DNA of 63,792 nucleotides, the filler included, from Octopus bimaculoides (Eukaryota), in assembly GCF_001194135.2 (NCBI RefSeq). It is 6 parts of 5 records of this genome, joined end to end, with 100 filler letters (N's around TTAATTAATTAA, not from the genome) between each part and the next. Parts side by side here need not be neighbours in the genome. Positions count along the whole stretch, not along the records: positions 1 to 25,419 come from NC_068983.1; 5 more parts are not named here. One strand, written 5' to 3'. The notes beneath the pieces were generated by a model. It was not told where the DNA came from. It ran no database searches and saw nothing but the letters and a program-made list of their open reading frames with translations. The position numbers and the translations under genes are program-made. Positions 1 to 12,800 of the stretch are shown here, piece by piece (the first letter of the stretch is position 1; each line of letters starts with the position of its first letter).

Positions 1-442
1 AGCTGGATTAAGAAATGTCTGGAAATGTATAGCACCTACTCTGTGAATTTTCTTGTCTGTGAGTATGAGATCATGGAGAACCACACTGACTTTGAACCGT
101 GGCAATGAATCTCTTAATGCTGGAGATGTAAAAATTTCATGTGGCATTTTCCAGGGTGACTCTTTATCGCCACTCCTCTTTTGTCTAGACTTAATACCTC
201 GCTCGAAATTGCTCAATGATGTACAATACGGTTATAAAATGTTTGATAAAAATATAAATCATCTCATTTACATGGCTGATTTAAAGCTCTTTGCAAAAAA
301 TGACCAACAACTACAGGGCTTACTAGTAATTGTTAAACAATTCAGTAATAACATTAGGATGCAATTTGGTCTCGATAAATGTGCAAAAGCTACCTTTATC
401 AAAGGAAAAATGACAGAAACATCCAATGTTAATTTTGACCAG
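1..442 (+). mobile_element. R4/Dong-like non-LTR retrotransposon, RT fragment (upstream part of the element that resumes at 2765)
   Basis: ORF 53-679 has RT motifs GIFQGDSLSPLLF, HLIYMADLKLFAKN and MQFGLDKCAK, then turns into unrelated sequence after NVNFDQ. Confidence 0.9.
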
Positions 443-444
443 CA

Positions 445-1067
445 TGTAAAAATTAACACTTCCTTCTCCAAGCCTAGATTCGAAACCGAATCTAAGAATT
501 CTCGGTTGACTAAATCACCTCGATCAACAGGCGCGAAAAGCAGGTTTTCTTTGTCCTGTCAAAAAGTGATCGATCATCTCCCTTTAACCTTCAACCCCAT
601 AGATGTCAGGCGAAGTTCAACTGGACAGCAACTGGCCTACTTAGGTACTAAGCCTGCTGCAGTATGTCTGTCCTTCTAGCTGTCACGATTCTTATAAAAT
701 AGAGTGGTCAACAAGACACCACACACACAGAGACAGACGGAGACTGTGATGCACGCAGACTGAACCAGTGTCCTGCTACTATGAGAAAGAGATCTGTTGC
801 CTGCTATTCAAGATGAAAGAACGAACACACACACACACACATACGCACGAACATATGTAGTCTTCGGGTACATCTACTCCAGATGTATCCTGGTTCCATC
901 ATTTTTCTAACAACTCGAAGCAAGCTGCCAAAATTGAATGTAGTGGCAAATATTATTTATTAACACCAGCAAATAAAAAAAATGTTATAGTTGAACCAGT
1001 TATCACTTTGTCATTTCACAGGCAAACACATGCCTATCGCACCGACACTAAACAAAAACATACCACA
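445..1067 (+). repeat. Probable 5' LTR of a CsRn1/Kabuki-like Gypsy element
   Basis: TG(445)...TACCACA(1067), followed 3 nt later by a PBS. TATA-like CTTATAAAA near 691 and AATAAA near 972. The start could instead be TGTCACG at 681. No second LTR is available for confirmation. Confidence 0.6.
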
Positions 1068-1070
1068 TTT

Positions 1071-1081
1071 TGGTGACCCCG
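1071..1081 (+). promoter_or_regulatory. Primer binding site complementary to the tRNA-Trp 3' end
   Basis: TGGTGACCCCG matches the reverse complement of tRNA-Trp ...CGGGGUCACCA. CsRn1-clade elements use tRNA-Trp. Confidence 0.8.
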
Positions 1082-1753
1082 TCAAAGAATTCCGGCCTTC
1101 CCTGGAACCAGCTTCAACCGAAGAATAACAGCCTGCACATCATCTGTCAACAAAACAACTGAAAATTCCTGCGAACACAATCGCCCTCCNNNNNNNNNNN
1201 NNNNNNNNNNNNNNNNNNNNNNNNNNNNNNNNNNNNNNNNNNNNNNNNNNNNNNNNNNNNNNNNNNNNNNNNNNNNNNNNNNNNNNNNNNNNNNNNNNNN
1301 NNNNNNNNNNNNNNNNNNNNNNNNNNNNNNNNNNNNNNNNNNNNNNNNNNNNNNNNNNNNNNNNNNNNNNNNNNNNNNNNNNNNNNNNNNNNNNNNNNNN
1401 NNNNNNNNNNNNNNNNNNNNNNNNNNNNNNNNNNNNNNNNNNNNNNNNNNNNNNNNNNNNNNNNNNNNNNNNNNNNNNNNNNNNNNNNNNNNNNNNNNNN
1501 NNNNNNNNNNNNNNNNNNNNNNNNNNNNNNNNNNNNNNNNNNNNNNNNNNNNNNNNNNNNNNNNNNNNNNNNNNNNNNNNNNNNNNNNNNNNNNNNNNNN
1601 NNNNNNNNNNNNNNNNNNNNNNNNNNNNNNNNNNNNNNNNNNNNNNNNNNNNNNNNNNNNNNNNNNNNNNNNNNNNNNNNNNNNNNNNNNNNNNNNNNNN
1701 NNNNNNNNNNNNNNNNNNNNNNNNNNNNNNNNNNNNNNNNNNNNNNNNNNNNN

Positions 1754-2764
1754 ATGGCCACAGTCAGCCCAACCATATTGCTTTCAACAACGACTCGTCA
1801 CAGTACCATCCTGAAACAGTACCCGGACATCGCTCAACCAGTATTCCACAACCAGCCGATCAAGCACGACATCACCCACCACATCAAGACCAGCGGTCCA
1901 CCTGTTGCTGCACGACCCAGAAGGTTACCACCTGATCGCCTCAAAGCCGTCAAACGGGAATTCCAGCACATGCTCGACCTTGGAATCATCCGCCCGTCCA
2001 GCAGCAACTGGTCCTCACCAATACACTGTGTCCCAAAAAAATCATCGACTGATTGGCGGGTTTGCGGTGATTATTGGTCGCTAAACAAAAGTATGGTCAG
2101 TGATGCTTATCCAGTCCCTTATCTGCATGATTTTTCTAGCTCGCTGCATGGCGCTCGCATTTTTTCCAAAATCGACCTTGTACGAGCGTACAACCAAATA
2201 CCAGTAGAACCTGCGGACATCCCAAAAACAGCAGTCACGACACCTTTCGGAATGTTTGAATTCCTGCGTATGCCTTTCGGTTTACGCAACGCAGCACAGA
2301 CATTCCAAAGGTTCATCGACATGGTCATCAGAGGTTTGCCTTTCGTCTATGCCTACATAGACGACATACTGGTGGCCAGTAACTCGGAAGAAGAGCATGA
2401 CCAACACCTGCACCTGCAATTCGAATGCCTGCAAAATTTTGGAGTTGTCATTAATCCCAGCAAATGTTCTTTCGGAGTTGCTTCCCTTCATTTTCTCGGG
2501 CACATCATCGATAAGGATGGTATTCGTCCCCTTCCTGAGAAAGTACAGGCCATCGTGGAATTTTCGCCACCCACATCTCTCCACAAATTATGGGAGTTCT
2601 TCGGTCTCGTAAATTTTTATCAGAGATTTATACCCCACCTTGCCGAGATAGCGCAACCGCTCACAGATTTGCTACGTCAACGAACTAGCAAAAACACCGA
2701 AATTGCTCTGGATGAAGATCACCTCGCCTCTTTCACCGCCCTGAAAAAAGCATTATCCAACGCA
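1754..2764 (+). mobile_element. Gypsy (CsRn1-like) pol fragment: reverse transcriptase, truncated before RNase H
   Basis: [50 protein letters not shown] and YIDDILV are open to ALSNA, then join R4 sequence. Confidence 0.95.
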
Positions 2765-4409
2765 AGGAGAATGTCATAAAGGAATTAGAACCAGCGGAGA
2801 GCTACAAATACCTAGAAGTATTTGAAGGTGATGGAATCAAACATTCAGTGATGAGGGAAAGGATCAAAAGAGAATGTTATCACAGGGTAAGGGCAATACT
2901 CAAGACAGAGTTGAATGCAAGAAACAGGATCGAAGCGATCAATACTTTAGCCATACCAGTCATGACTTACAGTTTCAATATCATTAACTGGTCAATTACT
3001 GAAATATGTAATTTTGACAGAAAAATATGAAAATTGTTGACAATGCATTGAATGCATTACCATAAGACAGATATAGAATGACTTTACCTGCCAAGAAAAG
3101 AGGGTGGCCGTGGACTTTTACAACTGGAATTAACAATGAAGATTGCCACAATTGGCCTAAACACCCACCTGAAAAACTGATGACTGGATGTTAAAACTTG
3201 TCTCAAAACATGAAAACAAGAAAGCATCATACTCAGTAACAAAACAGGCAGAGGAATATCTAAATGAATTCCAAATACAACAAATTGCAGAATTAGACTT
3301 ACTAGAAACAAGCACAGAAAAAGCTAAGCGGATAAAAACCTGTGCTAAAACTGCTGCCTTAGATATTCTTACTGATAAATGGCAAGAAAAACTTCTCAAT
3401 GGCAAATACCCAAAGAGAGCTAATAATTCTGATGTTGACAAAGCCCTTACCCATCAATGGTTAGTGTCTTCTGGCTTAAAATCAGAAACAGAAGGGTTTA
3501 TCATAGCAGCTCAAGATCAATGCCTACCTCCAAGGTAGGCCCAACATATTAAAGAATGGTAGTAGCCCGCCATGTCATGTATGTAAACAACAAAATGAAA
3601 CCATTGATCATATTGTCTCCAAGTGCAGTCTTCTTGTGCCTACAGAGTATCTCAACAGGCATGATAGAGTAGCAGAATATATTCACTGGGTAATTTGCAA
3701 AAACCTGGATCTGTCCCATGATAAAATCTGATGGGAACACAAACCACCTCCAGTGCTTGAAAATGATCACATCTCACTCCTTTGAAACTTCACCATTCAA
3801 ACTGACAGAAAGATAGATGCAAATAGGCCAGACATTATATTGAAAGACTTCAGACAAAAATCATGTCTCCTCATTGATATAACTGTCCCAATCAACCTAA
3901 ATGTATCTGTCAAGACCTACCAAAAACTGAGCAAGTATAAAGATCTTGAAATAGAATTCGGCAAAATGTGGAACCTCAAGACTAAAACAATACCTGTTGT
4001 CATAGGTGACCTAGGAATGATAGCAAAAGGGGCTGATTCCTACCTGGCTCAGATACCAGGAAACCCCAAAATGGTAGAAATTCAAAAGATGGTGCTCTTG
4101 GGAACCTCCCATATCCTACATAAAATACTGTCTATGTAATCTCAAATTTTAAAACAAACTCATAATTTTTTTGTTTTCTTAAACATTCTCTAGAACATCA
4201 TTCCATGCTTTTCATATGCTAGCCAGTGCAGCTCACTTTGAGCATTCTAATTTTTTCACAGCAAAACCAAATATATGACACCGTAGGCATAACACTAACA
4301 TAAACTTCTAACTTCTTGTCTCTTGAGGTCTCTGGGTGAGATTTGGAGCCAACTTGTACAAATACAAAGCAAAAGTCAAACATAAAATAATAATAATAAT
4401 AATAATAAT
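2765..4409 (+). mobile_element. R4/Dong-like LINE downstream part (RT thumb, CCHC, REL endonuclease, 3' UTR, TAA tail), degenerate
   Basis: [53 protein letters not shown] and KLSKYKDLEIE, with several stops. Ends in (TAA)n at 4387-4409. Confidence 0.92.
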
Positions 4410-5217
4410 GCATGGTCAATTTCATAGGGATGTTGAAGATAAGACAGACAAAGAAAAAAGATGGCTGTGGATGACTAAAAGTGATTTAAAACCAGAAATG
4501 AAGGCCCTAAACTGCACTGCCCAAGAGCAAGCACTAAGAACAAACTATATAAAATACAGAACAGACAACACAACAGAAAGTGATAAGTGCAGAATCTGTG
4601 GACAAAATGGTGAAACCATATGGCATATTACCAGCCAATGTATGCTACTAGCCCAGAAGGAATATAAGAGATGCCATGACAATATAGCCAGGCTTGTCCA
4701 TTGGGCACTTTGCAACAAGTATGGACTTGACAGAGAAAAAATTGGTGCAACCACAAACTTGAAGGCATCATTGAAAATAGAAATGTAAAGATCCTATGGG
4801 ATTTTATGATTCAGTGCGACCATGAGATAGAGGATAGGAAGCTGGACATAGTCTTAAAACAAACTATGCTGGATCATAGATATAGCATGCTCAGCTGACA
4901 AGGTATGCGATAAGGAAGAAAGAAAAGTCAAGAGATATGACGGGTTAGCTTGGGAAGTTAAGCAGTTGTGGTCAATGAAAAAGGTAGCAGTAGTACCAGT
5001 AATTGTCGGAGCCTGGGAGCAGTGAGCAAAAATCTCGAGAAGTACATGAAACAAATAGGGGCTGCAATAAGAAAACAGCACTGCTTGGAACCGCTTGAAT
5101 ACTCCAGAAGGTGCTTGAAAAATAAGAGGTGTTACCTTAGTTCACTGGCAGTGAACAGTTGACACTGCAGTACATCTCCAGCATTAGAAGCTGTGCAAAG
5201 GCAATAATAATAATAAT
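4410..5217 (+). mobile_element. 5'-truncated R4/Dong-like LINE, second family
   Basis: MHGQFHRDVEDK, CRICGQNGETIWHITSQC, ILWDF and VVPVIVGAL. Closely similar to 12550-13070. Starts directly after one TAA tract and ends in another (5203-5217). Confidence 0.9.
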
Positions 5218-5429
5218 GGTTACAAATCTTGCCACAAGGGTAGAAATTTTGGAGGAGGGGATTAGTCGATTACATCGACCCCAGTGTTCAACTGGTACTT
5301 ATTTTATCGTCTCCGAAAGGATGAAAGGCAAAGTTGCCCTCAACAGAATTTGAACTCCAAACATAGTGACAGACAAAGTACTGCTAAGCATTTCGTCCAG
5401 TGTGCTAACAATTCTGCCAGCTCACTGCC
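5218..5429 (-). mobile_element. tRNA-derived SINE family 1 (GGCGGCGAGCTGGCAGAA head, ATT tail)
   Basis: A-box-like TGGCAGAAT and B-box-like GAGTTCAAATTC on the minus strand. About 13 copies in the window. Confidence 0.85.
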
Positions 5430-5916
5430 TTAATAATAACAACAACAACGATGATGATGATGATAATAATGATGATGATGATGATGATGATGATAAATGC
5501 CTTGATGCAGTACCAGGCAGTGACTCTCATGGCTTCTCATCTTAACTGATTGGATGTTTTATCATGTACATTGTTTTGTCTTGGTATAAAAGATGGCCTA
5601 CAGCAAATATTCTGGTCAATACCATAGATTTGCTTGTCAGTTGTTTGACCTTAACCAGTTGAACACATCCCTTAGTGGCTGACGATATGTGCATCTCTGA
5701 TCATGAGCAGAAGTAGTAGGGGAGTATCATAGCCATGTGTTGAGAGAAATTCTTTGGGGTTTGGATAATTTACCTCTGGAAACATGGGTGTTTCATTCAA
5801 CATCCTTAACCAACCGTTATTCAGGGACCTTTTGAGTAGGATGTGCTACTCGACCTGAAGAAATTCTAACAGGGCCCCACCTGCAAGGTCATGCACTGTT
5901 AATCTTGATATGAGAT

Positions 5917-7919
5917 TGTTGTATTCCTCTCGGGGGACTCGCAGAGAAAAGACGAGTTGTACAACTTAGTTATTACATTTATTTATTAATTATAGACTCA
6001 CCAAATGTTCGTTATTAAGAAACAAGAATCTTGTCCACGCCATATATATCCATAATATTCAACTTCCACAGTCATTCAAAACAACAATGAAACAAGGACC
6101 TCAGACGAACTACATTGAAACACGGGACTCGGACGAACAACAACAAATCTAACAGTCCATATGACACTTCCCCACTGAAATTGATGCTACACAAGAAGTA
6201 TCAACAGCAAAGTCTCTCTTGGGTTTAATGGGTTCTCTTGGACCGTCTTGGGTTGTCTGGTCCATACTCTGGAACGGGTAACATGGTCTTGGGTCTGGTT
6301 TGTCTTTGAGTTAGTGGCACAGTTTCTGAGATCTCCATTGGGTGATCTGTTGCAAATTCAAATTCAGTGTTTTCTGCATCACCAGGTTCATTGTCTTCAG
6401 TTGTGTACCGCGGTCGTAGCTGTTCCCAGTGTCATCTCCACATCGGGCCATGAGGTATGACCTTGACGTTAAAGCAGCGAGTACCCAATGACTTCTTAAT
6501 GATTGCTGGTACCCATCGGGGATCTTTGTCTTGGCGAGGTCCATAGTATAGTACATACACAGGGTCTCCGGCCTTGTACTGCCTGGTAACTTTAGCGACA
6601 TCAGNNNNNNNNNNNNNNNNNNNNNNNNNNNNNNNNNNNNNNNNNNNNNNNNNNNNNNNNNNNNNNNNNNNNNNNNNNNNNNNNNNNNNNNNNNNNNNNN
6701 NNNNTTTTGTCACAAAAATGACATTTGGATTCTTTGAAAGGACAGTCTGTCACTGTGTGGGCCTTTCCACATCGGTAGCATTTGTCCTGATTTGTGGGAT
6801 AAGACTGCTGATGGTTCTTTTGAGGACTCTTATTCTTGTTCTGTTGGACCTTGTAGACTTGCTTGGTTTTGGAACCGTAGACAGTTTCTTTTGCAACTTT
6901 TGCTGCGTCTTCAGTCTCGATGGCAACTTGGACAGCACGGGCAAAATCTAGTTCTGTGTCTTTGATCTTAAAAAGTGCCTTCAGAACCGCTTCATTGTTG
7001 ACTGAACATATGAATCTCTGTCTCAGAGATTCATCCTGTGGGTTGGTGATCGATGGAAAATCACAGGTAGCTGCATCCTGACGTATACGTGTTGCCAGCT
7101 CCAGGAGAGTTTCGCCTGGCTTCCGTTGCATATCACTCCAAAACTTGAAACGCTCTCTCACAATGAAAAGTTTTGGGTTGAACTGTTCCTTCATGAAGTC
7201 AACGATTTCGTCCATTGTCAAGTTGCTGATATCTTTAGGCGGATTTTGTTGAGTAGCCAGATTAGCAAGTTGCTTGTAAATAGTAGTGGTCTGATTGGTC
7301 AGGAACACTTGTGCCATGCGTTGTTCAGGTACCGCATTAGCAGTCACAAACGTGCGGAATGTTGACCAGTAATCAGGCCATAGTTCTGTCGTTGAATCAA
7401 ATGCAGCAAATGGTGGAATTGACACTGTTGTTGAAGCAGCTGAAAAATAGCCACTGGAATCGCCTTCAACTTGTCGAGCACCAAACAGTTTTAACAGAGT
7501 GTCCATATCTCTCTTATGTTGTTGCATTTGCTGTTCCATTTGTTCCCTAAACAACTTTATAAGCTCTACTGTCTGTTTTTCAGCCATTGTTATTAAGATG
7601 AACAATTTTACGGCAAAGTATGCATGTAATCCTATCGGCGACGCCAATAACCTCTGTTGTATTCCTCCCGGGGGACTCGCAGAGAAAAGACAATGAGTTG
7701 TACAACTTAGTTATTACATTTATTTATTAATTATAGACAAAGAACGCACTCACCGAATGTTCGTTATTAAGAATCAAGAATCTTGTCCTCGCCATATATA
7801 TCCATAACATTCAACTTCCACAGTCATTCAAAACAACAATGAAACAAGGACCTCAGCCGAACTACATTGAAACACGGGACTCAGACGAACAACCAACAAA
7901 TCTAACAGTCCTTATGACA
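5917..7919 (-). mobile_element. Mag-like Gypsy LTR retrotransposon with both LTRs and a 5-bp TSD
   Basis: LTRs 5917-6166 and 7655-7919 (TGTTG...TGACA) are highly similar. TSD GAGAT at 5912-5916 and 7920-7924. PPT complement CTTCCCC at 6167. tRNA-Ser-like PBS TGGCGTCGCCGATAGGATT on the minus strand at 7628-7646. An integrase C-terminal tail lies left of the gap. Confidence 0.95.
6705..7647 (-). CDS. Gag of the Mag-like element, open up to the N gap
   Basis: PPFAAFDSTTELWPDYW, RERFKFW, LRQRFICSVNNEAVLKAL and zinc knuckles CYRCGKAHTVTDC and CHFCDK. Confidence 0.9.
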
Positions 7920-8057
7920 GAGATCACCATGTCATGCACATATGGTTGTGATGCATGTGCCTGGTGTACCCCTATCAGACGGCTAGTCATGATGGGTATA
8001 CTGGGCTTAGTATATTTTACCCCAGTATCACTTTGATGGCATGCACTGCTCTATTAC

Positions 8058-8106
<49 letters not shown>

Positions 8107-8109
8107 TGA

Positions 8110-9569
8110 TGATTTCTTTATTAACCACAAAGTGTTTACATAAAAAAAAAACATTATGAACAACACAGAACAAATACAATATGGGGTTAGATGAAAGTCG
8201 TGTAAACAATGAAAAAACAATCAAATATAGCAATAAAATTCCCCAAAAGTGGGTGACCTCATAGGACTGCTCATGAAAACCCCACATGCCCACAACAATC
8301 CTGACCACCAGGGAAAGTGTCCTTTCCACTTTGTCTACAGGCACACGCTTAGAGTAGGCCCATTCACTTGGGCCATTCTTGTGACATTCACCCACCTTTT
8401 AACAACATTGCTGACAGGCAGAACTTCCCTCTCCGTCCTCACTTTCCTTTTCAAGTGAAACTTCAAAAATTCAATGAGGGCTTAGCCAAAGAGGAAAGTA
8501 TCTGTCTTCAGCCCTTTCAGTCTGGTCCACCACACAACCTCTTTCGCTAAGGCTACCAGGCAAAGAAAAATAACCTGCCCTTCCTGCCAAAGGAAGGCAG
8601 TGGGGCTATCTTCACAATGGATTCAGTTGATAGCTGGATCCATCCTACACATGACAGTAAATGTTTGACATAAACCCACAAGTCAGAAATACTAAGGCAC
8701 TGGACAAGAGCATGCAGAACAGTTTCCCTACTCTGTGTGCATCTCAAGCAAGCCTGACTGACTGCACTCCCATACCTGTAGAGTTTATCCTGAACAGGCA
8801 GTGCCCCCAGGTAGCACTGCCTGGCCAAGGATTTCTGGAAATTATTAAGTCCTCCAGGACAAACTAGGCAACTCATCTATAGAAAGCTTGAGTGGAATTT
8901 CCACCAACCACATTGCCTGACTGACAGGAGTGTGAGCATCTGATGATATGAGAGTGTCAGGCACCCTGTCTCAGTCTACACTCGATCCAGGACTGCAGCT
9001 CAGACAAAGAGACAAGCTATGGGAAATTGCATCTGACAAACAGTGACCAAACCTGCTTACTGTCTAGGAAGTGCTGCAGATGTTGCAGCCTCAGTGCATG
9101 TCTGCACGTCAAAAGCCATGGCATGCCCAGCCCTCCATTTAGCAGGTGTCAGAGCACCTGACCAGTGGAATGCATCCCTTCCACAGAAAGTGGAAAAGTA
9201 GGCACTGCAGTTTGATCAGACTTAAACCCGGGCAGGGCACAATGGTGAGGTGGCAGTAGATCACAGATGCAATGTAAGCATTTGCCACATCTGTCTGACC
9301 TTTCAGAGATAGCTCTCTCTCTCTCTCAGCCTATTTTTCAGAGAGATTGGCCATGCAGTTCGCTACCTTGTCCCAGTTCTTCTCCACCAGGAGATCTGGA
9401 CCGAACAAGACCCCGAGCAATTTAACTGGTCCTTCCGTCCAGCCTCCCACAATGCTGTTGGAAGGAATGGAAGTGCCCACTGACTTCTCCTGGTTAATGT
9501 TTACTTCTGTCACCACCTTGTATTCTTTTAGAATGGTGCCAACCAGGTCTATGTACTTGGTATTTGACA

Positions 9570-9570
<1 letters not shown>
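8110..9570 (-). mobile_element. 5'-truncated Tx1-like (L1 group) LINE, degenerate
   Basis: WTEGPVKLLGVLFGPDL and the zf-RVT-like CLRCTQSRETVLHALVQC. 3' end AATAAAGAAATCATC. (ATT)n on the sense strand at both ends. Confidence 0.85.
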
Positions 9571-9603
<33 letters not shown>

Positions 9604-9611
9604 GCCACAAT

Positions 9612-9826
9612 AATCTTTTCTATAATAGGCACAAGGCCTGAAACTTTGGAGAAGGGAACTAGTCAACTACATCAACCCCAGTGCTTGACTGGTACTTATT
9701 TCATCAACTCCAAAAGGATGAAAGACAAAGTCGATCTTGGCCATATTTGAACCCAGAACATAAAGACAGACAAAATGCTGCTATGCATTTTGCCCAGTAT
9801 GCTAACAATTCTGCCTTCTTGATGTC
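9612..9826 (-). mobile_element. SINE family 1 copy
   Basis: Aligns by eye with 5218-5429 and has TAA tracts on both sides. Confidence 0.8.
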
Positions 9827-9857
<31 letters not shown>

Positions 9858-9859
<2 letters not shown>

Positions 9860-12800
9860 CTCTGACTGATAATACATCTAATAATGGTACCACAATATAA
9901 ACACTAGTAATTGCACAACCTGATAATCGCTACCTCATATGAGTACAATGCAAAAACAAAATATTGTGAATAACAGTAGTAATGAAACTGAAGCCCTCGA
10001 TGGTGATAGTGTTACACCCAGCAGGCTCAGAGATATTGGTCCAACTCCAGTCTGTTGTTATTCAACAAGGGACCAGCACATATGGCGCAGATGGAACAAA
10101 CAAATCAATGTTTGATCATGGAGTGTTACTACCTGAGTAACCCTGTAGACAAAAATGGTGTTCATCTTACAAGATACTGACAATGTATGTATGATCAATG
10201 GAGAAAAAGAGGATTGTTTCAACTCATGGAATAGAGATTATGTGATCAAGCTAGAGCAATAAGAAAAAATTGTTGGTTCACAGAAGTAGAGCCCGAAGCT
10301 ATCAAAAGATGGGTTTGGAAAACAGCAGCAGAGGATATGATGAAAATACAGTTCCTACTGATAAAAGTAATCTCATAGCAGAAAACAGGTGAAATCTCTA
10401 ATAAACCACAAGAAAGGAACAATGAAAGCTTGCTCGATGAGAGACATAAAGATGGTTTGGAAGAAGACAATAAAACTAACGGTGACATGATATATGGGCA
10501 AAAGTCAATCTACAACAGAATAAAGGCAAGGCTACAGGAGAATGATAGCGACATTATTTGCAACCATAAAAAGGTTGATTGGTGGAAATTGAATGAAGAA
10601 ACAAAAAATGTGAATGAAATTCTGAAATACATCAGAACAAAAAACATCACAAAAACAAATAATTTGATCAAGGCAGCAAGTATTGTTGTAGCTGAAAATG
10701 TGGGTGTTGATGTCTAGAAAAAGAAAAGATCCAAGGTGGAAAAGAAAAATACAGGTGGGGTTAGATATGCTCTCGAAGGACATTTCTGTGTTAGGCCAAA
10801 AAGAAAAGGGGGAGCTTAAAAGCAAACAAAAATACAGGGCACTGAACAGGAAGTATAATATTGAAAGAACGGGCCTGAAAGTGGTAATGGAGGAACTGAA
10901 ACAGTGCGTTGTTGCAAAGAAAACAAAGATGGTAAGGTACGACCAAAGAATGAAGGGTTACAAGCAGAATAGGCTATTCAGAGTAGGTTAGAAGAGATTC
11001 TACAAAGAAATAAATGGAGAGCATACAGATGAAAAGTTGATACCAGATAACATTGAAAGTCAAAGGTTTTGGAGTGACTTCTGGAGCAAAGACAAGGAGC
11101 ACAAGAAGAATGTTGAATGGTTGCAAGAACTGAAACAAACAGTAGTCTGTCCAAAATAGGCAGAACTAGTAATTTCAGTTAGGGAAGTGAAGAAAATCAG
11201 TAAAAAAATGGGAAACTGGGACCAGATGAAGTTCGAGGCTACTGGATCAAAAGATTTGGTGAATGTCATCCATGAATAGCCGCACAACTCAATACCTTGT
11301 TAAATGCTGACCAAGTAACACCAGAGTGGTTGACAAGGAGTAGGACAGCGCTGTGCTCGAAAAACATTGAAAAGGCAATACAGTGAACAATTACAGGCTG
11401 ACATCCTGCTTGCCACTTATGTGGAAATTACTGACTGGAAAAAAAATGAAGTCCTGCCACATGAGCAGAAGGGCTGCAAGCATAAATGTAGAGGTGCCAA
11501 GGATCAACTCCTGGCAGATGAAACTGTACTTAGAGACTGCTAGAGGAGGAAAACTAACTTCGCCATGTCAAGGATCGATTATTGTAAGGCGTACAATATG
11601 ATCCCAATTTCTTGGATTACGGAATGTATGAACCTATTTAGTATTGCATCGAATGTTGAGCGATTGCTTGGAAAAAGTATGGCAAAGTGGAGGATGGAAC
11701 TGACAGCATATGGAAGAAGTTTAGGGAAAATAGAAATCAGGAGAGGCATCTTCCAAGGGGACTGCCTGTCCCCACTGATCTTTGTATAATACCACTAACA
11801 CTGATTCTGAGGAAAGCAAAGGCTGGGTATGTATTCAAAAGCCGCCAACAAAAAGTCAACCACTTGTTATTCATAGATGACCTCAAACTTTATGGTAAAA
11901 ATGAATCCCAAGTCAGTGAATACTTTCAGTGCTAATATCAGAATGGAGTTCGTACTGAAAAAGTGTGGTGTGTTAGTCTTGAAGAGATGCAAAATCAAAT
12001 GTATGGGCGGGCTAACGATACCGTTGGAGAGGTTATGAAGCAGATAGAAGAGACGGGTTATAAGTACTTGTAGATATTGGAAATGGATAAATTGATGGAG
12101 AAAGAAATGACAGAAAAATTTAAGGTGGAGTACTTACACAGACTGAGACTTATCCTTAAGTCGAAATTAAATGGACAGAATAAGATTAAAGCTATCAATA
12201 CCTGGGCAGTTTCACTCCTTAGATATGGAGCAAGGGTAATTGCATGAACAGCAGATGAACTAAACAGCTTAGACAGAAAGACAAGAAAGTTGCTGACTAG
12301 ATATGGGATACTACACCCAAAGGTGATACAGACAGACAAGAAAAAGAGGAGGAAGAGGACTGATTGGATGTGAACACAGCATTAGAGCAGAAGAAAACAA
12401 TATAGAATGGGATGTAAAAAATGCCACAGAACCACTTTTATTGGAAGTACGAAGGTCAAGCTTGTGTAGGATGGAAGATTGCAAAGATAAAGCACTGTAC
12501 AAGCACTTGAGAATGAATGAAATTGAAAATAGGTGGATAAAAAAAAGAATGCATGGACAATTACATAGGGATGTTGAAGATAAGACAGACAGAAAAAAGA
12601 AGGCTATGGATGACTAAAAGTGATTTAAAATCAGAAACGGAGGCTCTAATCTGTGCTGCTCAAGAGCAAGCAGTAAGAATGAATTACATCACATACAGAA
12701 TAGACAACACATCAGAAAGTGATAAGTGCAGTATCTGTGGACAAAATGGTGAAACCATATGGCATATTACCAGTCAATGTATGCCACCAGCCCAGAAAGA

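Larger units (their letters stand above)
5496..8058. repeat. About 560-bp microsatellite-flanked interspersed repeat, split by the LTR element at 5917-7919
   Basis: 5496-5916 and 7920-8058 join across the GAGAT TSD. A second, inverted and internally deleted copy lies at 50667-50997. Confidence 0.85.
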
